From the NCBI GenBank assembly GCA_965645245.1, contig OZ287067.1:1178001-1242000 (forward strand): a DNA stretch of 64,000 bases, in the 5' to 3' direction. The notes under the pieces were generated by a model. That model was not told the origin of the DNA. It did no database searches and was given only the letters and a program-made list of their open reading frames with translations. Each line of letters begins with the position of its first letter. The stretch's first letter is position 1. A program made the position numbers and the translations under genes. The DNA is from Massalongia carnosa. Its lineage: Eukaryota. This document shows positions 14,186-24,990 of this stretch, piece by piece.

Positions 14186-15617
14186 GGTAGCTATTAGATT
14201 GCTCACCGCTGAGCAAGATCTTGATGGAAGCCAATGTCGACTGAATGCAAAGTTGCTGGAGATGTACTGTACAAATAACTGTTAGAGATCTAGTGAAGCG
14301 CAAAGGTCGACTATGTCAAGAAGCTCATTCAGCGTATTAGCGAAACGAACAATTACCCTCGAGTGTGAGAGTCAAAGTGCAATGCGCTGACGTTTTGTTG
14401 TTCGGTGGATTTCAGCTGATGGACCGAGCGATTGATTTTTCGGGGAAAGAGGCACGGAGCTTCGGTTGATTTCCTGAAAATTCATTGGGGTACGGGAAGG
14501 ACGCTTCTGCACTACGGGCATATACATAGATACCGCGGGGACTTTAAAATAATGATAACCTGATGCTCATCGATACCCTCACATGTCTTAAATTTTTTGA
14601 TACAACAAAGCTAATAGATACGCTCTGTCGATAGGCTCTTTAGCTGTAGGCTGTCGCTTATCGGCTCTTTACAGTTTCATCGGACAACTCAACGTTAGTC
14701 GATAATGATGCTTTTCTCTTGAGAAGAAAAAATAGTTTGTTGGGATTTCGGAAAAGGCTTATAATTAGGGCCATAGCCGAATCATGCAGGGATCATGACG
14801 TTTCGTTACTTGACTGTACTCCGTATATATTATGTAATACCTCTGTACGGATACCGATTGATCCCCGAGTTCCTAACAAAAAAGAAAAGAAAGAAAAAGC
14901 GTTGGGCAAGTCCCAAAAAAACCCCCCTGCGCCCTTGTTCCTTTGGTACTTACGCTCCCCCCCAAAAATAACTAAACTTACTCCGTAAACTGGTGAAAAA
15001 TCAAGGTCCTGATTGCCTATCGTCAACTTTCAGACGTCTTTCGTCTATATTCATTCCAACTTCGTCGGGGCTGTGCTACTTGCTACTATTCTCTTCGCCT
15101 CGTTGAACACCAAGAGCGAATTTTCCCCCTCAAAGATTTAAACATCTGTAAGAGAGGTCCTCAAACTCTCAGCGATGATTCTACTTAAAGAGTTATTTAG
15201 ATAATGGATTGGGAAAGAGAATGTTGATGTTTTCGCATTGGAGTAAGCTGCTTGGCATGATCGAGATGACCTAAATGCTGCTTCGTTTTCAATGACTTCT
15301 TAGAAATAACCTACGTGACGCCGCTCGAGCTTCAAATTTCCCCCCTTTTCGATAATATCTTTGGCCGTTCTTCATGAGCTTGAAGTGTATTATAGGTGAA
15401 AGCGGACTACTTGGTGCTTTCGGCCCTGTTACTCGCTTAATCCTCTCCCTCCAAGAAGCATTCGCTTCTAGTCGGGGAAAGCAATCTTCGTAGGCTCGCA
15501 ACGTTAAACCACCACCACATCACTAAAGCACCACCGCATCATTTAAATTACTATTACATTTACTATCACATTATTATATTATTATCACATCACAAATCAT
15601 TGCTATCTATATCTACA

Positions 15618-16927
15618 ATGGATTCTGTATCCTTACAAACACGTATTAGTGATGCTAAAACATTCTTGTTGGAAAATCCTGACGAACGAACTGCATGCGC
15701 AGCTCAGATATTCAAAATTCGGCCTACAACGTTGTACAGCTCTATTGCGACTGATAAGAAATCTTCTTTTTCTGATATGAAATCTTCTTCTAACAAGAAA
15801 TCTTCTTCCAGTGCAAAAAGTGCAAGAGGTGGACAAAACAAAATACTTGAGGAGCATCAAGTAAAAGCGATTCATCACTTTATTCGATCGTTACTTGCAC
15901 AGGGTATTCAGCCATCGCACGGAGTTGTATTCAATGCAATTGTCAGTTTAAAACGCGGGCAAAATCCTGAGTCGAGTGGACCTACTCTACGCTGGTTCAG
16001 AACATGGTGGAAAAAGAATAACCTACACAAGCTCAAGACTAAGCCATTAGCAATGATACGATTCACCGCTGCACAAGAGAAGGATATACAAGCATGGTTT
16101 GTAGATTATAGACAAGCTTTAAAGACGTTACAGATCAAAACAAAGAAGAATATTGTCAATTTCGATGAGGCAGGCTTTCGTGTTGGGTGTATGAAAGGGC
16201 ATCAAATTCTGGCACCCACAGACGTACTAGAAGTTAGATTCTATATTCTTATTCATTTATTCAGCAAGTTAAATATATATTTTAGTTCTATGCGATAAGT
16301 CCTGAAAATCGTAAATCTCTCACGATATTTGAATGCATCAATGCAGCGGGCGACTATCCTCCACCACCTTTAATTCTTATACAAGGACATGAAATCATGG
16401 ACTGGTTTTCAAAAGAGCTGCCAAAGGGAACTCGAATTATGCCTTCAGAAAACGGATTTACCTCTGATAAGATAGCACAGGTATTTCTTCAGCATTATAT
16501 TGATCATTCAGACTCTGGACCAGAAGCAGACTGGAAAATAATGCTCATGGATAATCATGGCAGTCATTGTACTCCTGAGTTCATAGCTCTTGCTAACATA
16601 AATCACGTTCGTCCTTATCCACTTATACCGCATCTTACACACTATATGCAGCCGCTTGATGTTGGAGTATTTCAACCTTATAAACACTGGCATGATATGG
16701 CAATTCAAGATGCTCTACTGGAATTTAATGTTGAGTATACATTACAGCGATTTCTTGCGGATCTTACTAAGATACGTGATAATACTTTCAAGAAATGTAC
16801 TATTCGAAGTGCTTTTGAGAAATCAGGAATGTGGCCTGTTAATGCTAAAAACTGCATCTCACTGCTTAAAACTTTCAAGCCGCCTGCTGCTCATAATACA
16901 CTCTCGGTACAACGAAAGGGGAGTTAA
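15618..16927 (+). mobile_element. Fot1/pogo-family DDE(D) transposase, intron-containing and C-terminally truncated (418 aa; exons 15618-16232, 16286-16927)
   Basis: HTH-like N-terminus (ARGGQNKIL), then NFDEAGF, LMDNHGSH and MQPLDVGVFQPYK with 35 residues between the last two Asp (DD35D), and IRSAFEKSGMWP. A 53-nt GTTAGA...TTTAG intron joins the two ORFs in frame. The sequence is AT-rich relative to its neighbours. TIRs are not firmly identified. Confidence 0.9.
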
Positions 16928-17006
16928 TGGATGGCAGAAGGGCACGGGAAAAGGGCGGGACGGAATATAACGGGTGATCAAATCTCGTTCAAATCCGAGA
17001 CACTTA
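16897..17006. mobile_element. Possible MITE-like remnant with imperfect terminal inverted repeats
   Basis: TCTCGGTACAACGA (about 16902-16915) is inversely complementary, with mismatches, to TCGTTCAAATCCGAGA (about 16985-17000). There is TA at both ends, and it begins where transposase-like sequence stops. Confidence 0.35.
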
Positions 17007-17827
17007 AAAAAATGTGCACCCATCAAGAGCGGAAATTTTGGCCGGGGGGAGGGGGAGTTAAGCAGATTGCAGCTTGATGAATTGGTAGCAAACAAGGTGA
17101 AGTGTCAAGACAATTTATCATATTCCTCTTTACGACCGGAGATGTAATTTTATTTAGTGGTTTAGCTTCGGACTTTTCCTTTTGAGACAGGTATCATACT
17201 TCTGCTTCTATTCATTCTGGACAGCTATCAGTCTCCATTCTTGTTAGCATGTTGTCCAAAAGACAGGTTTCTTCTAATAGATTTCAATTGTTGTTACGTC
17301 TGATTGATGGTAGAGACATTCCTAGATTGTTCATTCAATTTTTATGAAGTGATCTCATACGAAAATTAAAACTTACAGGTCATTGTCTACTTATAAATTG
17401 GATGAACGAACGCATCGCCTTGTTACGGGACACCTGTGGCGGTCTATCAACTTAGTCATGCAGCTACTTTTTCCAAGCCAGCATCTGCTGGTGCGCCGAT
17501 ATATTTTTTTGTGTAAGATCGAGGAAAACAGTCTACTTCAGATAGAAATGCGCCCTATCCAAGGCTTTTATATGTTACATCGCAGGAAAACGATGCGAAA
17601 AAGACGATGTAGGGACTAGCCAATACCCTTCTCCATTCCTTTCTCAATCCAATTACTTGTAGCCTTACCAGAGCTAGGTATATTGATACAAGTATAATTA
17701 CGTTGTATTCTCGAGATTTATCTCGTCATCATAGAACGCACTATATCCAAAGCTCTAGTAATCCTACCGAATTTCGTTTTCTCTTACATTTGCTTCATTA
17801 GTTTCCTTTTAGGTCCGGCACAACGCT

Positions 17828-19432
17828 ATGGCTGACGATCAGAAGGCCTTCGAGGGTGACCTTCTAGAAGTCACCGTCCTGAAGAATTTAGGCTATCAGC
17901 AAGAGTTGAAGAGATCATTCGGCCTACTTGGTATGATTAGCTTCAGCATCGTAACCTACTGGACGGCGCTGAGCGGTGTCCTAATTATTGGTGTCCTGTC
18001 TAGGGGCCCGGTTGTCATGATATACTTCTGGATAGGCATATTTATTTTTCTCTCGCGGTGGCCTACTCGATGGCCGAGTGGCTGGAGGGCAATATTCTTG
18101 GGTTGTGGTACTTGCGCCTCTGAAGGCAGCAAGTAGCATATTGTGGATCACCGGCTGATTCATGATCACATGTATGGACTCTCCAAATAGCAGAAGCATG
18201 TTATAGCAATCCGTGCAATGGGAGCGACAGATAATTTTATCGGAGCCAATATCATCCCTGAGCAGGCCAATCTCTCCTTTCCTAGCTACACAATTGAGCG
18301 ATGGCATACTGTGCTGCTGACTTACATTATTGCTATCTGTTGCGCTATTGTCAATCTCTACGGCCCACCTTCTCGATAGAATTCCCCGCGGCATGCTGGT
18401 CTGGAACATTACAACCTTTGTGATTGTGACTACCACCATCCTGGCGATCAATGACCGTAAAAAAATCTGCAAGCTTCGTATTCAAATATTTTCAGCATTT
18501 CACAGGTATTAGTATTGCATTCACCACGATCCTCCAAAGCTTCTTTGGTATGTGCTGCTATGATGCGCCCGCCCACATAACGGAAGAGATGAAACACGCA
18601 TCGCGGGAGCTCCCAAACCCATTGTCATGTCAGTCTATTTCATTTTCCTTATTCGGTCTATTTCTACATTGGCAATATCAACAAAACTGCAGGATCATCG
18701 ATGCTGGCCCTTTAATCCAGATATTTTACGGCTCCACGACGTCCGTCATTGGATCCTATTTCCTTTCTTCTCTTATTCTAGTTATCTTCCCTGTTGGTTC
18801 AAATGCTCTCATGGTGGAGGGCTTGCGCAGTCTCTTCGTGTTTGCCCGCGACCATGACTTACCTTTCTCTAGGCTTTTTGCGAAAGTCGAGAAGCGACGC
18901 CAAATTCCCATTTATGCCATCCTCCTAGCATGCTTTGCGCAAATGGCTCTCAATTCAATCTAATTTTATACCTTGACAGGATTCAATACCGTCATCTCCA
19001 TCGCCATCCAAGGTTTCTGTAAGCCCCTCCCTTCTCGCCTCCGGCATCTTCTTCATTTCCTCCGATCAGATAATATAGGCTTACTGCATTCCATTTTGCA
19101 TCGTAGATCTGTCATACGCAATTCCCCTTCTCTTGCAACTTCTTGCATACTTCACCTCACAAGTTAAAACGATCCCAAGCCCTTACAACCTAGGCTCTAA
19201 CAGCGTACCGCTCAACACTATCAGACTCCTGTTTCTCATTTTCGGCTGCATCAAATTCAATTTTCCCATCGTTAGCCCTATGGACAAAGGCAATATGAAT
19301 TATACTAGTGCCGCAATCAGGGTCATCGGCTTGATCAGTTTAGTCACCTGGTTGACGACTGGGAGGAGGAAATTCACAGGGCCTCAGGTAGGGGTACAGA
19401 TTGTGAATATTGTAGCAATGGAAAAGATGTAA
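17828..19432 (+). pseudogene. Decayed amino acid/polyamine (GABA/choline-type, APC superfamily) permease
   Basis: Family motifs are scattered over different frames: LGYQQELKRSFGLLGM, AVAYSMAE, AGGQYSWVVVLAP, YDAPAHITEEMK, FARDHDLPFS, MNYTSA...GRRKFTGP. Multiple frameshifts, deletions and stops cannot be explained by introns. Confidence 0.85.
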
Positions 19433-20125
19433 GGAGAGGTTTGAGCAAGAGAGTACACAACTAGACTTGTTTAGCAATGGCTTCTTGCAGCTGGCTGTCA
19501 CGTGGCTGTTAAGTAGATGTTGAAATTTAAGGGGGAGACAGGATAACAAATCATTCTCGAAGCCAAAAATTTCCCGCTTTATCACCCATGATAGTAAATC
19601 AGATTAGAAAATGAAGCCCAGTTTTATTAGACATGACAGCTATCATTATCTCCTAAAATTGGCAAAGAAATAGAAACATGCACCCAGCTAAAGTGTTATG
19701 ATGAGGTTTTGCACTGACGAAGCCGGGTCAACACCCTAGCATGACTAGTGAACTACGTAGCGTCTTTTTCTTACTGCGATCAACAAGCTCGCTCCCACGA
19801 ATCAACAACATTGCGACACCAACGACGACGATTCCTACAACGGAAAGAGATCTTGTGCTTATAAGAAATGGTAAGAGAATGATGCTAAGGAAATTTATGG
19901 GAAGGGATTCTACCGCTTTGAATCCGCCTAACCAGGAACCAAAGTCCATGCATGTGCTTCTAGCCTAGTTGGAAATCTAGAAGAAAGAGATAAGATCACA
20001 AGGCCTCCTCAAAATCGAATATTAGGAAGCATCAAGGGGTGCTCGAATTTGCATCAGCATAGAATAATTTTAAGCAAGACCCTCCATTCATCCAGATTGT
20101 CAGTTTCGGACAGTTACTCTCTGCA

Positions 20126-22018
20126 ATGCCAACGATAGAAGAGCTCTCTTCCTCCCCGCACGCACCTACAGATTCCGAAGGATCGTTACTATACTACAAA
20201 GCTCAATATGAGCAGCTAGAAGCAGAGCTTGCGGATTTCCAGGCTTCAAGCAGGGAATTAGAAACAGAACTCGAAAGAGACGTTGAGGCGTCGGAGAAAA
20301 GGGAGCGACAATTACAAGAAAAGGTTGAAAGTCTAGGCTACGAAGTAGAAGAGTGGAAGGTTAGTTTATAGATCATCCTCAACGATGATATTATCCATGG
20401 GTTTCCTTATGTTCTTCGAACACCTACTAACCTGACTCCTCAGACTAAATACAAACAGTCTAAGGCTGAAGCTAACACAGCGCAAAACACGCTTCAAAAA
20501 GAAATCACAACCTTGCGTGACACGAATAGGACGCTTCAGCTTAAATTACGAGACATAGAAGTTGCCAATGACGATTTTGAACGGCAAGCAAGGAACACCA
20601 CGTCGTCGCTGGACGATCTAGAATCAAAGTACAATGTTGCTATTGAGCGTGGAGTCCTGATGGAAGAAGAAATGAAGGCTGGAGAACAAGAGAGAGAGGC
20701 TCTACGGATTGAGACACAACGCTTACGAGATGAGCTTAGCGATCTCAAGGTCGAAGCAGAAATCAGATCGGACAAACTCCGACATGCAGAGGCTGCGGCG
20801 GAACGGCAACGTTTGCGGAAACCAACACCCCTCAGTGCAGGGCTTCTTCGACCTCGATCGCCTGTATCTGAAAATTCGCCAACAACGACCACATCTTCGC
20901 CAATGATCGCGACACCGCCCACGAAATCAGCTTCATCAACAGTCTCGGAAACCCCCACTCCTCCCTCACCCCCCTCATCCGAGCCGTCTGTGCCCGCACC
21001 TTCCAGCATGCCAGCTCATTCGACAAGCAAATCACGGCTATCAATAACAAACTCTACTATTACCCCACGTCCCTTAAATAATTCGTCTCGTCCACCCCGA
21101 CATTCCCGTGGACCCTCCATTCCATACACCCACGACCGTTCTACACCCTCGGTGACACGACGGACAACTCTGAATCGGCAGGATCACCCCCAGAGTACCC
21201 CTGGAATATCGTCATCTGGATCCCTGTACCAAATCCGGGGATTGATTGGGAAGATGCAGAAGCTCGAACAGCGTGTGAACTCTGCTCGGTCCAAGCTTCC
21301 TGCCCCCACCGCAACACCTCCGCGCGCTTCACCGCGAAGTGGTTCTGCCCTCGGCCAATCATACATCCCACCGACAGTAACCATGCGCAGCAACAAGAAA
21401 CGTACCGGAGGCAGCGAGTCGTCCACAGCCTTCAAGTCTCCCAGCGAAAATCGCCCCTCTAGCCGCCTTTCCTTTGGCATTCCGCAGCCGAGCCCAAATC
21501 GCGACAGCCATTTTCCCAGCCGCCCCACATCAAGAGCGAGTTTCTCCTCCAGAACGTCAATTAGCCATTTACCTAGCGCTCCTCCCTCAAGCAATGGCCG
21601 ACCTACGAGCCGACAGTCCGTCTCTCGTGCCCAAACGCCCCTCAACCACTACGCGAGCAATACCCTCTCCGAATCACGGCGGCCTCGCTCATCAATCGGG
21701 GGTTCCTATGCAGCCACTCAGCATGGGCACGGGCATTCGGCAAGTGTGAGCCGGCTCAGCAGCTACAACCCTCAGTTCCTCGATGATGGACCTGAGGAGA
21801 GCAGCGAAGCTGTTACGCCTACGCCAGTGCGAAGAAGCACCTTCGGCAAAGGGGACGTCGGGTCTGGCATCCCTGCTCTGGCGAGTACCGCCAAGAAAGC
21901 CAATGGGATCGGCATGGCAAGGAGGATTAGCTCCGGGCCTGGCGTCAAGGGGAGGGAAGAAGGCGACATGGGTCCGCCGGAACGGAAGAGGTTGAGTGGC
22001 GTTGGCGAGACTTTTTAA
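20126..22018 (+). CDS. nudE: Nuclear distribution protein NudE/RO11, a dynein/LIS1 regulator (602 aa; exons 20126-20359, 20444-22018)
   Basis: Coiled coil [28 protein letters not shown]...[20 protein letters not shown], and the motif [21 protein letters not shown] within a Ser/Pro-rich tail. One GTTAGT...CTAAC...CAG intron. Confidence 0.95.
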
Positions 22019-23179
22019 TGCAGTTATTAGTTAGGTTCTTGGAACAGGAAAAGGTGGCAGGGTTGCATTTTGCTTTTCGAGGCTTTGGTGGCGGCGTTTC
22101 GTACTCGGGGCTGTTGTGGTTTCATATCATGATTCTTACGGCTTCGAATGGCTTTGCAATAAATATTTTGTATCACGACGTGAGAGTTTTGTTTTGGAAC
22201 GGGAAGCGCTTCGCTTGGTTTGGCTTTTTCTTCTTCCGGCCGGCTGGACGTTCGCTGTATAAGGAACCGTGAGTTTGTGGGAAAACAAAGGCGGAGGAGG
22301 CGGCATCGTTCTTTCTTGTTTTTTATGGAGGGGGGGAAGGGGGCGGACATTCATCAGCTACCTGCCTGTCTGCCTACTTCCCTGCCGCCGGGAACCAGAT
22401 CTAAAGCGTGGATACTCTATACTTGGGTGTATGTAGGTAGTTAGGCAGTTAGCTAGCTCCAGTTGTTGTTGATTTTCGCCAACGGTTCTCACCCTTAATA
22501 CGAACTTGACAGGTATCTAGCTGGAGCTTGTGCTTTTCCTCGTCTGGTTGATTGCCCGGTTCTGGTTTCTTCTCTTTGTGGGGTTATGTGGGGTTATTTA
22601 TGTGGGGAGATAGGGAGGTAGGAAACCAAAGTCGGCGTTTTCCAGGGGGGGCTCTTGTTTCTCCTTTTCTGGTTTGTTAGTTGGTTATTCTTCTTTCTTA
22701 TTATCTATGTTACTATGATGTTAAGGTTGTGCACGCAAGCAAGCAAGCAAAAGTATTCATTTCCGGAGCTAATTGCAGGTTAACATTATGAATGGTCCTT
22801 CTTCGCCTCCTTAACTAGGTATCTATTCTCCTATTCTCTATATATTGAGGGGGAAAAAAGAAAAAGGAAATACTAAAGGCATGATCTTTTCCTTTGACTT
22901 CTTTCTCCCCTTTCCGTAACTTTTGCCGTTCTTGTCTCTTTGGGTCCAACTACGTACAACAGTCAACACCCCCATACCGGGCGAAGCTTTTGGATCGTAA
23001 TATTAAGAAAAGACAGAAAAGACAAGTTGAGGCCAGAGGAGATGAGAAATCTTTTTAAATGAATGGTTTTTCCAAATGAAGGGACAGTTAACGGATGGCT
23101 ACATGTTGGTTTGGACAGAGTTTTTAAGTCTGGGTTTTTTTCCTCCTGAGACCCTGGCTAACAGAAGCTTTTCCAAATT

Positions 23180-24117
23180 TTATACCGGGTTGCTTATATC
23201 CCAACCAACTTTGGCTTTTCTGAGAGACAGATCCCGGATCGTTGGGTATTTGGCTTCAAAATGGTCTAGTTTAGCGTTCCACTGGCGCACACGGTGCTTG
23301 CATAGCATTCTAAGGTGTTGTGTTGGTCGAAACTGAAAAATTAGGCTCTTGCTTCGTTCCCTTTTTGGAGCAGCGCTACTTACTATACGAAATCGCCTTA
23401 ATTCTCTAAGTGCTCTCTTGAGATCATAATGGGTGGATTTACACCAAGCTCGTGCTTTGGATGCGGCAAGGAAATGAAGCAAATTATTAGTTAACAGCTG
23501 GTTGGTTCCATGGCTATATGAAAGGCAGTCCCTGCTAAGAAGGCGACTAAGGGAGTAACAAGCGTACCTGTCAACGCCAGAATTGTTTCCTAAAAGTCCA
23601 TTTCATCCTGGGGGGTCCTGTCGATCCTCCAATCTTCCGCACCCTCTCCTACCCTGTCAAAGCAACGTTTGAAGATTTCCAGAAGCTCTTCAAATAGCAT
23701 TCGGCTGGGGCATGGACTCACAGCTACGATTTCAAGATCGAAGATCCAGTCCCCGACGCAGAAGATGTATTAAATAAGGAAGACTGAATGCTCCGTCCGC
23801 CCTATGAACTGCTGCGTATCAATCACTCGGACTCGAACAGCCGGCCCGTAGGTCCACGATTTGGCCGGGGTGGAGATTCCATCTCTAATAGGATGCGAAA
23901 GAACCTTAACACCCCTGAAAAACAGGCGGTCACCATTCAGTTGCTCAATGTACTCGAAAAGGCGCCGTACAAAGGCATACCGTTCGAGTATGAATACTAA
24001 TTTGGTGACTACTAGAGCCGTGACATCACTCTCATCGGGGCGGAACGAGGCAACAAGATTCTTCATGTGTATTGATGGCGAAGGGTATAGCGGTGCAGAA
24101 GGCACTATTAATGTCAA
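23180..24117 (-). pseudogene. Possible degenerate orphan gene
   Basis: The 115-aa ORF continues in the same frame as protein-like sequence past two isolated stops (TAA at about 23770, TAG at about 23590). Two intron-like segments follow (GTACGC...TAGCAG; GTAAGT...CCTAAT...CAG) and link toward ORF 23180-23482. No family is recognised. Confidence 0.3.
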
Positions 24118-24990
24118 AGGGCGGCAAGAATTGAAGGCTGCATATCGAGCGAGCAGGGAAGAAGCAGCGGGACAAGATGAAATGGGTTGAGACGCAGGCC
24201 AGTAATCAGGATGCTGAGCGATGGCCGTAAGAAGGTTTGGGCGAAAGGAAAATCAATAGAGCACTGGCGGAATTTCTAGGGCACACCTTTAGCTTTACTA
24301 GATCATTGATGAAGTGGTGTTATTGAGATTGATAGGTATGGGATAGGTATTGAGCAGTATAAGGACTTTGCCATGACTGCCGTAGAAGATAGACGTCCGA
24401 GTTGACATTAACTATATCACAACAAAATATTGATCGGAGAAACTACATATCAAAGTGTTGTAGCTTAACAACAGGCGCAGGACAGGAACTCTGTACTCTG
24501 AAGATCTGGGTTCTGTCATTCAACTTTGGTACTCCGATCTAGCTAACTATTTTAAGTTAGCTACCCGTTCTTGCATGCAGCCTGCTGTCCAAGGGTGGCA
24601 CGGATGGGGAATTGGGAATGAACAGGTCACTTTTTCGTACTTTTTTAATTCCTCCACTTTCTCATCCTGACCTAATGAGAAGAATTGGCTAGCTAACTCT
24701 CTGTTGAAAGAGCGGAGTATAACTGCAATATCAAAATTAAGTCGCTGTTACCTAGGTCCAGTAATCTTCGCCACCATGCTATTGATGTGGACAGCTTGTC
24801 ATTTCTCGTTTAACGTTTAGGCATCCCTAAAGGGGACAACCCAGGCAGCAGCAATTGACATCTTAAAAATTTAAGCAGAAGGCAATGATCATGAGTTATG
24901 ATACTGGCTGTGTTCCTTTTGTTTTTAATTTGAAACGGTACTTTGATTGTATATCTCCTACACCGTATACATAAAGAATAAGACGATAAG

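Noticed and set aside
14837..14851. Exact 15-mer ATACCTCTGTACGGA shared with 42240-42254
   Set aside because: A few 15-mer matches are expected by chance in 64 kb, and the flanks do not align.
19698..19716. C-box/D-box-like ATGATGA...CTGA
   Set aside because: The boxes are only about 9 nt apart, too close for a C/D snoRNA.
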